64,000 nucleotides of DNA from Promethearchaeota archaeon (GCA_019057795.1 JAHLWS010000038.1:40734-104733); one strand, 5' to 3'. Shown: positions 1-11,087, counted from the first letter of the stretch. The notes: generated by a model from the sequence alone, not told the origin. Numbers and translations are program-made.

Positions 1-58
1 AGAATATAGTTCAATTATCATAAAATAATGAAATATGAGTAAATTTTAATGGATTACT

Positions 59-1162
59 ATGTCTGAAAATATTATATATCTCGACGCAAAAACACTTGAA
101 AGTTTTATGAGAGATGTTTTTATTGGGCTTGGGGTTCCTAAAGACGATGCCCACATTATAGCTGAAGTATTAATTGCTTCTGATATGAAAGGAATTGATA
201 CGCATGGAATACAACGTTGTAAAATGTATTTCGATCGTATCAAAGCTGGAATGTACGAAGTAATTACAAAGATTGACATCGTTAAGGATGGTCCAACTAC
301 AGCTCTTTGGGACGGAAATTGCGGAATGGGGCACGTTATTGCTTATAAGGCGATGAAAACTGCGATTGAAAAAGCTAAAAAGTATGGACTTGGTTCTGTT
401 GCTGTTCGAAATTCAACCCACTTTGGAATTGCGGGTTACTATTCTCTCATGGCTACAAAGGAAGGGATGATTGGCTTCGCAGTTACTAACGCTCGCCCCT
501 CCATGCCCCCTACTTTTGGAGTTGAACCAATGTTAGGAACAAATCCATTAACTGTAGGCGCTCCAACAGACGAAGAATTCCCCTTTTTAATTGACTGTGC
601 CACTACAATCATTCAAAGAGGTAAAGTAGAATTATACAATAGAATAAATAAACCTTTACCGGATGGGGTGGTAATAACAGACGATGGTAAAACAGAAACT
701 GATCCTGCTAAAATATTAGAGGGTATGAGTAAAGGGAAAGCTGCGTTATTACCCTTAGGTGGCAAAGGAGAAAGTACTTCAGGTTATAAAGGCTATGGTT
801 ACGCAACCTTAGTTGAATTATTATCTGCAGCTTTACAAAATGGAATATATCTTAAAGATACGATAGGTATCGTTGAAAACGGGCAAAAGCGTTTAAAGGT
901 GGGACATTTCTTTTTAGCAATTAATATTGAAAGCTTCCTATCAATTGGTTCTTTTAAAAAAACAGCCGGAAATATCATGAAGGGATTGAGAGAGTCAAAA
1001 AAGGCTCCAGGCGAGGAAAAGATTTACACTGCGGGAGAGAAGGAATTCATTGCCGAACAAGAAAGATTAAAAACGGGCATTCCGATTAACAAAAGTTTAC
1101 AAGAAGATATCAAAATTATGCGAAAGGAACTTCATCTCGATAAATACGAATTTAATTTTTAA
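59..1162 (+). CDS. Ldh2-family (malate/L-lactate/L-sulfolactate dehydrogenase-like) oxidoreductase, copy 1
   Basis: Family motifs DxxGxDTHG, NSTHFG, GTNP, GYKGYG, GHFFLAI. Confidence 0.9.
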   Translation: MSENIIYLDAKTLESFMRDVFIGLGVPKDDAHIIAEVLIASDMKGIDTHGIQRCKMYFDRIKAGMYEVITKIDIVKDGPTTALWDGNCGMGHVIAYKAMKTAIEKAKKYGLGSVAVRNSTHFGIAGYYSLMATKEGMIGFAVTNARPSMPPTFGVEPMLGTNPLTVGAPTDEEFPFLIDCATTIIQRGKVELYNRINKPLPDGVVITDDGKTETDPAKILEGMSKGKAALLPLGGKGESTSGYKGYGYATLVELLSAALQNGIYLKDTIGIVENGQKRLKVGHFFLAINIESFLSIGSFKKTAGNIMKGLRESKKAPGEEKIYTAGEKEFIAEQERLKTGIPINKSLQEDIKIMRKELHLDKYEFNF

Positions 1163-1327
1163 AAAAGTATCCTTTATTTTTCAATAAATTTCTAATTCTT
1201 TTTCTATAAAATTATCAAAAAAATCGCTAAAAATTATTAAAATTAGAGTTACACTAACTTTCAACTTATATTCAATATGATTTTAATTAAATAGAAGGAA
1301 TTCTAGTAAAATTCTATTGCATTCAAG

Positions 1328-2470
1328 ATGGTCTATATGACAAGTACAAAAAATGACATAGTACCCTTATCTAGTGATATTATTTACATAGATTTTAAGA
1401 CTCTCAAGAATTTTATTAGAGATGTGTTCGTTGGTCTTAAGGTAAATAAAGTGGATTCTGAAATAATTGCAGATGTATTAATGACATCCGATCTAAGAGG
1501 AATAGATTCGCATGGTATTCAGAGATGTAAGATGTATTACGATAGGATTAAAAAAGGAATTTATAACACAAAAACAAAGATAAAGATCGTTAAAAAAGGT
1601 CCTACAACTGCGGTTATTGATGGTGGATGTGGGTTAGGACCGGTTATAGGTTATAATGCTATGAAATTAGCGATTCAAAAAGCCAAAAAGTATGGACTCG
1701 GAGCTGTTGCAGTTAGGAATTCTACGCATTTTGGGATTGCGGGATATTACTCTCTCATGGCTATAAAAGAAGGAATGATAGGGATTACAACCACTAACGC
1801 TAGACCCGCTGTTCCTCCAACATTTGGTGTAGAACCAATGTTAGGTACAAATCCCTTGACTGCGGGGGCACCAACAGACGAAAATTTTCCTTTTATGATT
1901 GATTGTGCGACCTCAATTATTCAAAGGGGTAAGATAGAAGTTTATAATAGAGAGCAAAAACCGCTTCCTGAAGGAGTAATCATAACCAGAAATGGAAGAA
2001 CCCAAAACGATCCTCAAGAAACATTAAAAAATTTAGAAGATAGTACTGCAGCTCTTTTACCGCTAGGCGGTGAAGGTGAAAATACATCAGGTTATAAGGG
2101 TTTTGGATATGCTACACTTGTAGAAATTTTATCATCAGCATTACAAAACGGAGTATTCCTTAAAGATACAGCAGGAGTTATCGAAGAAGACCAAAAACGC
2201 TTAAAAGTTGGACACTTCTTTTTAGCAATAAATGTAAACCACTTTACACCCTTAAAAATGTTTAAACGAACTACTGGGACAATTATGAGAACTCTTAGAA
2301 ACTCTAAGAAAGCACCTGGTAAAAATCGAATATATACTGCTGGAGAAAAAGAATATTATTCTGAAAAAGTTAGAAAAAAACAAGGCATTCCAATTAATAA
2401 AAGTTTACAAGAAGATATTAAAACAATGCAAGAAGAACTGGGTTTATTTAGCTATAATTTTCCATTTTAA
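1328..2470 (+). CDS. Ldh2-family oxidoreductase, copy 2 (tandem paralogue)
   Basis: Same motifs; long near-identical stretches with 59..1162 (HGIQRCKMY, AVRNSTHFGIAGYYSLMA, PPTFGVEPMLGTNPLT). Confidence 0.9.
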   Translation: MVYMTSTKNDIVPLSSDIIYIDFKTLKNFIRDVFVGLKVNKVDSEIIADVLMTSDLRGIDSHGIQRCKMYYDRIKKGIYNTKTKIKIVKKGPTTAVIDGGCGLGPVIGYNAMKLAIQKAKKYGLGAVAVRNSTHFGIAGYYSLMAIKEGMIGITTTNARPAVPPTFGVEPMLGTNPLTAGAPTDENFPFMIDCATSIIQRGKIEVYNREQKPLPEGVIITRNGRTQNDPQETLKNLEDSTAALLPLGGEGENTSGYKGFGYATLVEILSSALQNGVFLKDTAGVIEEDQKRLKVGHFFLAINVNHFTPLKMFKRTTGTIMRTLRNSKKAPGKNRIYTAGEKEYYSEKVRKKQGIPINKSLQEDIKTMQEELGLFSYNFPF

Positions 2471-2471
2471 A

Positions 2472-3914
2472 TTAAAAAAAAATTCCATCTGTTCGACCTT
2501 CTAAAGGTTCAGAATGGATAATAATTTCTGTTAGGTTTTCAATTTTCAGAGTTTCTTCTATTTGTTGCTCTAAATTTGAAACTATATTATGAACTTTCGA
2601 AATGTTTAAGGATCCATCAAAAAAAACATGGAGTTCGAGTGTACAAAAATCAAGTGCTGCCCAAAATTCTAAACCATGATATCCTTTAACTTCTGGATTG
2701 CTTTTTAATAAGCTTTCTAAAGTAATCTGGATTTCTCTTTTCTTTTGAGGTTCAATAGTAGTACAGACTAAATGTTCAGCTATTAATTTTCGTATCGTAG
2801 CTTCTGATTCTATATGAGTAATTATTCGTGATATAAACGGAACTTGTTCCTTTAGTTGATTTTCAAACATAATACTTAATTCGTGAGCTTCTTCTAGTAA
2901 TAAATTCTCGTCAACTACTATTGCTACAGATAAAAAGTATTTATTTTCTATTCTGAAAACGTTTAAATTCCTGAAATCTGAAATCTCATTAAATTCACTT
3001 TTCATTGAATGAAGTAAGTTAATTATCTCTTCACCCATTGAAGATTCACCACTTAAAGGATTCATCTCAACTATACATTCTACATTATAAGACGAAAAAT
3101 ATTTTTTACTCAATGTATGAATTGCTTTTGTAATTACATTTGCATGAATAACAGATATATGATCTTCAACAGATAAGCGAACATCTAAAAATAATGTGTT
3201 TCCACCAATTCTGACTTTTAATTCTTCAACATCATTAACATGATCAAGGTTAAAAACTTTTTCTTTGATTTCTTCTAAAATAAGATAACTTATGGGATTT
3301 TCATCAATTAAATCTTTAATACCTTCTTTTGAAAGCTTAAGTGCGGTGAATATTATCCATAAAGAGAGACCAATACTAAAAAACGGGTCTAAAAATTGGA
3401 TACTGAAAAAGAGAGCTAAAATGAAATTAATCATAACTATAATCGCTCTAAGAGAATCTTGGAATAGATTTAAACCCATAATTTTAAGCGATAAGCTACT
3501 CCATTTCTTTCCTTGCCATATTAAAATCATAGAAAAAGTTAAATTAATAATGAATGAAATAATTAACAGTAGAAACCCTAAATCAGGGTTCATAATACCA
3601 TACGCGTTGGTTAATATTGTTTGAACAGCTAAATAAATAAGAATACAATAAAGATTTATCAATATAATTCCTTGAATTAATCCACCTATTGAATCAATCT
3701 TAGAATGCCCGTACATATGTTGGAAATCTGGGGGTTTTTGACTTACATACAGAGAATAAATTGTTAGAAAAATAAAAAAAATATCAGTAAGCGTATCAAC
3801 AGTTTCAGATAAAAAACTAAGACTTCCCGTTAGGATTACCCCTAGTAGTTTTAAACCTGACTGAATTAGGATTATGAAAAAAGTAATAATTCCCAATTTA
3901 ATTTTTATGTCCAT
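2472..3914 (-). CDS. Cation diffusion facilitator (FieF-like) with three C-terminal ZT_dimer-like domains
   Basis: Six TM segments, KPPDxxHxYGHxK motif, three repeats of the 'xxAH/VH...IIxHxE' cytosolic domain. Confidence 0.85.
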   Translation of the reverse strand: MDIKIKLGIITFFIILIQSGLKLLGVILTGSLSFLSETVDTLTDIFFIFLTIYSLYVSQKPPDFQHMYGHSKIDSIGGLIQGIILINLYCILIYLAVQTILTNAYGIMNPDLGFLLLIISFIINLTFSMILIWQGKKWSSLSLKIMGLNLFQDSLRAIIVMINFILALFFSIQFLDPFFSIGLSLWIIFTALKLSKEGIKDLIDENPISYLILEEIKEKVFNLDHVNDVEELKVRIGGNTLFLDVRLSVEDHISVIHANVITKAIHTLSKKYFSSYNVECIVEMNPLSGESSMGEEIINLLHSMKSEFNEISDFRNLNVFRIENKYFLSVAIVVDENLLLEEAHELSIMFENQLKEQVPFISRIITHIESEATIRKLIAEHLVCTTIEPQKKREIQITLESLLKSNPEVKGYHGLEFWAALDFCTLELHVFFDGSLNISKVHNIVSNLEQQIEETLKIENLTEIIIHSEPLEGRTDGIFF

Positions 3915-4030
3915 TACTTTCCTTTTATTTCTTTAGAAGTTGATTAAAAGACTTAAAGAAATACTGAGAAATAAATATTTGGTAATTAAATAAAATAAAA
4001 TGAAATAAAATAGAAATATTTAAAATTTTT

Positions 4031-5260
4031 TTAGAGGTGTCTTGGAATTTTTATTTCAAGATCTGTAATTGGGTAGGATGCGCATGGATGGAAATAATCA
4101 AATTTCTTATCCCCAGCTTTTCTCCAATCAGAAACGGGATTTATATATACATCACCAGAAATAAGAAGTGAACGACAGAACCCACATTCGCCAGAGCGGC
4201 ATTTTGATGGTGGATTTAAGTTTGCCCGTTCTAGAGCAACAAGGACTGATTCTGTTGCCTTTGCTGGTATGTCTTTAATCAAACTTCCAATGTGAGTCTT
4301 AATTTTAAATACTTTATCAACTACATCTTGAGGGAAGTCTGGATTACTTAGAATATCTTTAATTTCACCAAATGCTTCTCTACGGACGCGTTTATGATGT
4401 AAATTGAATTTTTCTAATTCTTTTTCAACAAAATTATACATAACTTGTGGTCCACAGATAAAAAATGAACTATTGTTTATGTCGCAATACTTTTCTATAA
4501 TATCAGAAGTTAAAAAACCCAATTCAGATCCTTCAAGGGTGACTTCTTTACAACTTAAAACATGTACAACTTTAATTTTTTCTGGGTACTTCTTTTCAAT
4601 CTCTTTAAATTCGTCGTAATAAATAATGTCGTCTTCTTCGCTACTTCCATACAGCAAAGTTAATTTTGCATCTAATTTGTCTTCAACAATTTCTTTAGCG
4701 ATGGATCGGAAAGGTGTAATTCCTGACCCTCCTGCGAGACCGACTATCTGTTTTAAATCCCTAAGAGGTTCGTAAAAAAAGAATCCTTCTGGTCCAGAAC
4801 TTTCAATTTTAGTTCCTACTTTCCAACTATCCCATATGTATCCAGTTAAAAATCCGGGTTCTTCTTTTCTAATCGTAATTTCATAGAAACCTTTTAAAGC
4901 ATCCGAAGGAGAAGAAGCTATTGAATAAGGTCTTGTGATAGCAACTCCATTCACTTGAACCTTCAAACTTAAATATTGACCGGCTCTAAAATAGGCCAAT
5001 TCTTTTGTGTTTGAATCAGGATCGGGTGTGAGCTTAAATGTTTTAGTGGATTTTGTTTCGTCTTTGATTTCACTAATAACTAAGTATTGTCTTATGGGAT
5101 GAAGTCGCACAGCGAGTTCATTCATTGGATCCTTTGTTATCGGCTCACTAGATGCCTTTTCGAACCTCTTTTTTCGGTTTGGGACTAATTTTGTAAACGC
5201 AAATAAATCTCTTGTGTTGCTTTTGATAATTATATCAAATTTCTTTTTTTCTCCGCTCAT
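4031..5260 (-). CDS. FNR-type FAD/NAD-binding oxidoreductase with C-terminal 2Fe-2S domain
   Basis: RPYSI, GPEG, AGGSGITP, ICGP, CRSGECGFC...C. Confidence 0.9.
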   Translation of the reverse strand: MSGEKKKFDIIIKSNTRDLFAFTKLVPNRKKRFEKASSEPITKDPMNELAVRLHPIRQYLVISEIKDETKSTKTFKLTPDPDSNTKELAYFRAGQYLSLKVQVNGVAITRPYSIASSPSDALKGFYEITIRKEEPGFLTGYIWDSWKVGTKIESSGPEGFFFYEPLRDLKQIVGLAGGSGITPFRSIAKEIVEDKLDAKLTLLYGSSEEDDIIYYDEFKEIEKKYPEKIKVVHVLSCKEVTLEGSELGFLTSDIIEKYCDINNSSFFICGPQVMYNFVEKELEKFNLHHKRVRREAFGEIKDILSNPDFPQDVVDKVFKIKTHIGSLIKDIPAKATESVLVALERANLNPPSKCRSGECGFCRSLLISGDVYINPVSDWRKAGDKKFDYFHPCASYPITDLEIKIPRHL

Positions 5261-6825
5261 TTTAGCTCACCTTTTTTATGTAAATCTTGTAAAGTTAGTA
5301 AAGCAGCAGTTTCTCCGTCCTTTAAAGCACTACTATATCCGTGACATCTTTTGCCAAAACCACCACAAAATTCAAGACCCTCAATATGCTTTTCGTCATT
5401 CATTGTCATCAAGCGTGGGACAAATGAATCCCAAGAATCTGGTTCGTATCCATATACTACTCCATTATAACTTCTGGTAAATCTTGATATGGTTTGAGGC
5501 GTAGCAACTTCAATTTCTTCAATATGTTCCTTTATTGGAGCACCAGTAGTTTTTTCCAAAGTGTTAATAAGGTCTCCCGCGATTTTATTTTTTAATGTAA
5601 AGTAATCTTCGGGTTTAACATCGTCCCATACTCCCGGTAGAAAAGCAGTTGTAATCGAAATAATACATGTACCTGGAGGTGAGCAATCTGGGATTGCATT
5701 ATTTAAACAAATTGTTGCTTGAACCCCAGGCGTTTCAAGGTTGTTCAAAGATTCGTAAAGTACATCAGTATTCTTATTGTTATAAATAAAATAACTATAA
5801 TCTTTGAGTCCTAATTCATCGGCCGTTGCATCTAAACCCAAATAAACAACAAATGTAGAAACTCCATGCCTTCTCGCATTTATTTCCTTATAAGCAATTT
5901 CTGGAACTTCTGATTTGGGATGTATTAATTTGTTATAAGTAAGCGTGGGCGAAGCGTTGCAAACAACATGATTCGTTTTAATCTTATCTCCTTTAGAAGT
6001 TTCAACTCCGACAACTTTACCGTTTTCAACCAATATTTTTTCCACTGTCGTGTTATATTCGATTTTACCCCCTAATTCTCTAATACTTGTATCTAGAGCA
6101 GTAGTGTAGTCGTGAGATCGATATTTTGGAATATAAGCACCTTTTAAAATATAACCATAAACCATAGAAGCAAAGATCGTAAAATTTACTCTACTTGTTG
6201 GAAGGCCTAAATAAACCCAATACGCGTTAAGAATGCTCCTTGCTTTTTCTGGCATATTAAGGGCATTTTGAATATCCTCCACAGAATAAGCTGTAGTTTT
6301 AAGAAAATTTGAATGCTCCTTTAGTAAAACATTTTGATCTGGGTTTCCTTTTGATTGCCCTATATAGGCAGTTGCCCTATTAATGTCTTCTGCTAAGCCA
6401 AAAAACTTACTTACCGATTCTCTACTTCCCGGGACCTCTTTTTCAATAGTATCAAGATAAGAATCAATTCCAAACGGCATTACTACATCAACACCTTCAT
6501 CTGGGTCCGTTAAAATTAACCTATACGCCTCAGGAACTTCTACGAACTCTGAATCTAGGTTATATTTTTCTAATAATCTTCTAGTACCGCCCTTATCTGA
6601 TGAAGGCCCATAATCATAAAGTTCGTGAAGTGAAGTCTCAAACTCAAACCTTCCCCTTACAAAGCTGGAAGCAAATCCTCCAGGTAAGTTATGTTGTTCT
6701 AAAAGCAGTATTTTAACGCCTCTCATTGCTAATTCTGCGGCGGCTATTAGACCGCCATTACCGGCGCCAATTATTATAGCATCATAAGTTTCGCTAATTG
6801 CTTGTTCAATACTCTCATTACTCAT
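5257..6825 (-). CDS. CrtI/phytoene desaturase-retinol saturase-like FAD-dependent oxidoreductase
   Basis: N-terminal GAGNGG...EQHNLPGG..RGRFEFE; ATPQT..RF..GxxYG; overlaps the reductase gene by 4 nt. Confidence 0.85.
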   Translation of the reverse strand: MSNESIEQAISETYDAIIIGAGNGGLIAAAELAMRGVKILLLEQHNLPGGFASSFVRGRFEFETSLHELYDYGPSSDKGGTRRLLEKYNLDSEFVEVPEAYRLILTDPDEGVDVVMPFGIDSYLDTIEKEVPGSRESVSKFFGLAEDINRATAYIGQSKGNPDQNVLLKEHSNFLKTTAYSVEDIQNALNMPEKARSILNAYWVYLGLPTSRVNFTIFASMVYGYILKGAYIPKYRSHDYTTALDTSIRELGGKIEYNTTVEKILVENGKVVGVETSKGDKIKTNHVVCNASPTLTYNKLIHPKSEVPEIAYKEINARRHGVSTFVVYLGLDATADELGLKDYSYFIYNNKNTDVLYESLNNLETPGVQATICLNNAIPDCSPPGTCIISITTAFLPGVWDDVKPEDYFTLKNKIAGDLINTLEKTTGAPIKEHIEEIEVATPQTISRFTRSYNGVVYGYEPDSWDSFVPRLMTMNDEKHIEGLEFCGGFGKRCHGYSSALKDGETAALLTLQDLHKKGELK

Positions 6826-7100
6826 TTTAAATTCTCCTCATTTTTCAAAAAAAAAACAATATTAGTTCAATAAATTTTTGCATCTATTAATATATTATTC
6901 TGTTATTATTTAGTCAATATTTAAAATATATTGATTTAATTGTGGAAAGATCAAACTTTAAAAAAAAAGTATGTTTAATTATTTGACAAAGAGATATAAT
7001 TTTTAATAAAAAAAAATAACAATTAAAATATTAAAAGAAAAGAATTATATTAGTACCAATTTAAAATAAGAAATTTTTCGAATTTAAAGAGATAATTAAT

Positions 7101-10067
7101 ATGAATGAATTAGAAATTGATAAAGAGATTGAAAATTTTAAAGAGCAATTAAATTTACTAGCGATGATATTCGATACTCGTAGAAAAATGCGTAGAGAGA
7201 TATCTAACGAAAAAACAGGATTTGTCTTTAATGCTAGATATCAGTTTACTACAAAAGATGATGAAGTTAATGTAAACGTAATATTTAAAGATGGAAAAAT
7301 GACAGTCGGCGAGGGAAAAATTGACGATCCAAACATAACAATTTATTATAAAGATAAAGAGACTTTGGCTAATCTCTATAATAAAAGTGCTGAAGAATCT
7401 CTTGATTATCTTTTGACAAATGAAATGGGGTATATAGGAAACATGTCTTACCTTACTAAATTCTCTTATCTTACTTCACTTGTTACGGCTCCTAAAAAAA
7501 GGGCTTATAAAGGTCCAGAAAATCAATTAATATATCCTATCGAAGATATTGATAAGGGAAAAAAGAGCAGAAAACTAAGGAACGAGAGCTTAAATCGTAA
7601 GATCGATAATGTTCAAGTTTTAGAAGATCCATATCTGTCAAAATATACTTTAGATGATTTTCCACGCTTAAAATATTTGAAAAATAGAAGATTTGCCTTA
7701 AAACCAGTGATATGTGTTGAAAGAGCAAAACATTTGACAGAATATCATAGAGAGAATGGATTTGAAGTAGACAATTCAGGAAATCCGATTGATCCCGAAT
7801 TGCGCCAGGCAAGAGCAGTAAATCATATAATGTCAAATAAAAAACCAATAATTCATGATAAACATCTTATAGCAGGTTCAACTACTTCAAAAGAAGTAGG
7901 TATCCCCTTGTATCCGGAACTTATCGCGACGGGTATATGGCCTGAACTAAAAACTATTGGTGAACGTGAGCTTAATCCTAACGATATCTCAGATAAAGAT
8001 GCGGATATCTTAAGTTTGGAAGTATTTCCCTATTGGATGGAGCGGAATGTAAGAGAATATTGTAGAACAAAAAACAACGATCCATTCTCGCAGCATTTAG
8101 AAGAAGGGTGGGTTTTTTATTTCATGATGAAAAATAACGCGATTAGTCATACTGTTCCTGGTTTTCCAATGGTGCTTAATGAAGGGTTAGAAAGCGTGAA
8201 GAATAAAGCTAATAAAATGGAAATAAAAGCGGATACAACTGAAAAGCAAAATTTTTATAAGGCTATTCAAATTGCAATCGATGGGGTTCTAGCGTATTCT
8301 CAACATTTAAGTGAAGAAGCCCTTAGATCTGCTAATAATTTAGATCAAAATGATCCGGAACAAGCTACTCGCATTGAAGAATTGAAGGAACTCTCTAGAA
8401 TATGTGCCAAAGTCCCTGCTAAACCAGCAGAAACAATGTATGAAGCAGTTCAATCAATTTGGACTAGTTTTGTTTGTCTTCACTGTGAAAATGCAAATTC
8501 GGCTTTATCAATTGGTCGGCTTGATCAAATGTTACAACCTTTCTTTTTAAAAGAAATTGAAAAAGCTGCAAATGATGAAGAAAGAAATCAAATTGTAAAA
8601 AAAGCTATAGAATTTGTAGGATCGTTATTTTTGAGGATAAATGACCACGATCCGGTAATGCCGAATGTAGGGTGGAAATTATTCGGGGGGAGCTCTTCTG
8701 ACGACACAGTAACTATTGGAGGTGTAGATAGAGATGGTAAAAATGCCGTAAACGATATGAGTTTTATTATATTAAAAACAAATGAAATGCTGGGTTTTCA
8801 GGATCCTAATATGAATGCCAGATATTATTCTGGTATTAATTCAAAGGAGTATCTAAGACGATTGTGTGAAGTAAATATCAATATGGGCGCTTCGCCTAGT
8901 ATTCATAACGATAGAACTATGATTGAAGCGTTGGTCCATGAAGAATTCTCAATTGAAGACGCAAGAGATTGGGCGGCTACAGGTTGTGTAGAGCCCACAA
9001 TTGTAGGTAAACATTATGGTCATACGAATTGTATGCTTTTAAACTTAGTCGCACCATTAGAAATTACTTTAAATAATGGTTTCATACCTTTAACTGGAGA
9101 AAAAGTGGGTCCTGAAACGGGTGATGTTCGAACATCTTTCCCGACATTCGAAGACTTTCTTAATGCATATAAAACTCAACTCAAATATTTAGCAGAAAAA
9201 TCAATTGAAATAAATAATTATTTAGGAGAAGCCCATCGGTATATACATCCTACACCATTATTATCTGGATTCTTTGAGGGTCCTTTAGAACAAGGCAAAG
9301 ATCTTATTCAAGGAGGAGCTATTTATAATACATCAGGAGTTGCCTTAGTGGCATTGACAGATGTGGTTGATAGCTTATTAGTTGTAAGAGATCTCATCTA
9401 CAAGAAAAAAGAATTGAACTTTGCTACATTGATGGATGCCATTGAAAATAACTTTGAGAATGGTTTTGAATCAGTTCTACACAATATAGAACAAGTTCCA
9501 AAATTTGGGTCTGGCGAAAATGGTACTTTCGAACTTGCTCAAGATTTAATTGACTTTTGCTACGATGTTTATCATTCTATTGATAATTATAGAGGAGGTA
9601 AATACTTAGTGGGATATTGGTCTATTAGTTACCACGCAGGGTTTGGAATGCTTACTGGCGCCTTGCCCTCAGGTAGAAAGAAAGGTAAAGCATTAACACC
9701 TGGACTAACTCCCGCCCCGGGTACAACGGATATCCTATTACCAAGTATTCAAAGTGTTGCGAGCTTAGATTACTTGAAAATGCCAAATAATGCATCTTAT
9801 AATGTAAAATTAATACCTCATTCTGGAGATTCACATAAAGAAACATTAGATCTCTTTACAAGTTATGTGCAAAGCTTTTTTGATTTGAATGGGATGCAGT
9901 GGCAATTTAATGTCGTGTCCACTGATACATTAAGAGATGCGATGGCAAATCCAATTGATTACCGCTGGCTTTTAGTTAGAGTTTCAGGATATAACGCATA
10001 TTTCACGAAATTAAATAAGAATATGCAATTAGAATTTATTGAGCGGCATGAATATAAATCAAGATAA
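7101..10067 (+). CDS. Glycyl radical enzyme (eliminase/PFL2-like class) with N-terminal SCP2-like lipid-binding domain
   Basis: Cys loop ATGCVEP, Gly loop RVSGY, SIGRLDQ; N-terminal ~130 aa (YQFTT..VIFKDGKMTVGEGKIDDPNITI..YIGN) match the SCP2 pattern. Confidence 0.88.
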   Translation: MNELEIDKEIENFKEQLNLLAMIFDTRRKMRREISNEKTGFVFNARYQFTTKDDEVNVNVIFKDGKMTVGEGKIDDPNITIYYKDKETLANLYNKSAEESLDYLLTNEMGYIGNMSYLTKFSYLTSLVTAPKKRAYKGPENQLIYPIEDIDKGKKSRKLRNESLNRKIDNVQVLEDPYLSKYTLDDFPRLKYLKNRRFALKPVICVERAKHLTEYHRENGFEVDNSGNPIDPELRQARAVNHIMSNKKPIIHDKHLIAGSTTSKEVGIPLYPELIATGIWPELKTIGERELNPNDISDKDADILSLEVFPYWMERNVREYCRTKNNDPFSQHLEEGWVFYFMMKNNAISHTVPGFPMVLNEGLESVKNKANKMEIKADTTEKQNFYKAIQIAIDGVLAYSQHLSEEALRSANNLDQNDPEQATRIEELKELSRICAKVPAKPAETMYEAVQSIWTSFVCLHCENANSALSIGRLDQMLQPFFLKEIEKAANDEERNQIVKKAIEFVGSLFLRINDHDPVMPNVGWKLFGGSSSDDTVTIGGVDRDGKNAVNDMSFIILKTNEMLGFQDPNMNARYYSGINSKEYLRRLCEVNINMGASPSIHNDRTMIEALVHEEFSIEDARDWAATGCVEPTIVGKHYGHTNCMLLNLVAPLEITLNNGFIPLTGEKVGPETGDVRTSFPTFEDFLNAYKTQLKYLAEKSIEINNYLGEAHRYIHPTPLLSGFFEGPLEQGKDLIQGGAIYNTSGVALVALTDVVDSLLVVRDLIYKKKELNFATLMDAIENNFENGFESVLHNIEQVPKFGSGENGTFELAQDLIDFCYDVYHSIDNYRGGKYLVGYWSISYHAGFGMLTGALPSGRKKGKALTPGLTPAPGTTDILLPSIQSVASLDYLKMPNNASYNVKLIPHSGDSHKETLDLFTSYVQSFFDLNGMQWQFNVVSTDTLRDAMANPIDYRWLLVRVSGYNAYFTKLNKNMQLEFIERHEYKSR

Positions 10068-10156
10068 ACCTAATGAAAGATATTTTTTTTATTCATTTTA
10101 TCTAACTTTTTAATTTTTTTATCTTTACTTTTATTGACGATATTATATTCTCAACA

Positions 10157-11056
10157 ATGACAGATAAAACTCTATTAGTAGATATTAAAAGGAACGCTTT
10201 AGATGACGGTCCAGGAATAAGAACATTACTATTTTTTAAAGGTTGCCCACTTTCTTGTGTATGGTGCCAAAATCCTGAAGCCAAATCGCCATTTAAAGAA
10301 ATTTCTTTTAATAAAGATAGTTGTAGTGAATGTGGAACATGTTTAAAAGTTTGTAATCAAGAAGCTATAGATTTTTCATATAAATATCGAATAGATCGCT
10401 CTTTATGTAATCTCTGTGGTAAATGCATTGAAGTATGCCCAAATTATGCCTTAGAATTTGTAGGACAAGAATATAGCATAAAAGACTTACTTGAAATTAT
10501 ATTAAAAGATAAAATTTTTTATAAAAATTCAGGTGGAGGGGTTACCTTTTCTGGCGGAGAACCACTTTTTCATATAGATTACATAAAGGAATTAGTAAAA
10601 GAACTCAAAAAAGAAGATATTCATTTATGCATTGAAACCTGTGGATATTATAATCGAGACAAATTTTATGAATTTATTTTACCATATATCGACCTTATTT
10701 ATTTTGATTTGAAAATTTACAATCCACAATTACATGCTAGATATTGTAAAGTTTCAAACGAGAGGATATTAAAAAATTTTGAAGATATCATTGAAAACAA
10801 ATCAATAGAAATATTACCAAGGATTCCTCTTGTTCCTAATATAACTGATACTGACGATAATTTGAGTAACTTAGCTAATTATTTGAAAACCTTAAATATA
10901 AAAAAAATAGGATTATTACCTTATAATCCACTCTGGCTCTCTAAACCAGAAAAGATAGGAATTAAACCATCCTATGACTATTCTGAATGGTTAGATAATA
11001 AAGATAAAGAGAGAATTAAATCAATTTTTTCTGATTTTGAATTTAAAGATTTTTAG
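10157..11056 (+). CDS. Glycyl-radical enzyme activating protein (radical SAM, with 2x[4Fe-4S] insert)
   Basis: DGPGIRT, GCPLSCVWCQNPE, two CxxCxxCxxxC motifs, GVTFSGGEP. Confidence 0.95.
   Translation: MTDKTLLVDIKRNALDDGPGIRTLLFFKGCPLSCVWCQNPEAKSPFKEISFNKDSCSECGTCLKVCNQEAIDFSYKYRIDRSLCNLCGKCIEVCPNYALEFVGQEYSIKDLLEIILKDKIFYKNSGGGVTFSGGEPLFHIDYIKELVKELKKEDIHLCIETCGYYNRDKFYEFILPYIDLIYFDLKIYNPQLHARYCKVSNERILKNFEDIIENKSIEILPRIPLVPNITDTDDNLSNLANYLKTLNIKKIGLLPYNPLWLSKPEKIGIKPSYDYSEWLDNKDKERIKSIFSDFEFKDF
10981..11056 (+). repeat. Activase 3' end (copy A'), duplicated in degenerate form at 15241..15316
   Basis: Ungapped 58/76 nt identity by manual alignment; first 13 nt and 23 of the last 24 nt identical. 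Confidence 0.85.
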
Positions 11057-11087
11057 CTAAGCAATTTATTTTAATATCTCTAATTTT
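11037..11087 (+). repeat. 51-bp direct repeat, left copy (last activase codons plus downstream flank)
   Basis: 48/51 nt identical to 14466..14516. Confidence 0.9.

Noticed and set aside
7101-10067. Pyruvate formate-lyase or alkyl/benzylsuccinate synthase annotation
   Set aside because: Single Cys in GCVEP (no Cys-Cys), Glu present, and no small Bss/Ass subunit genes nearby
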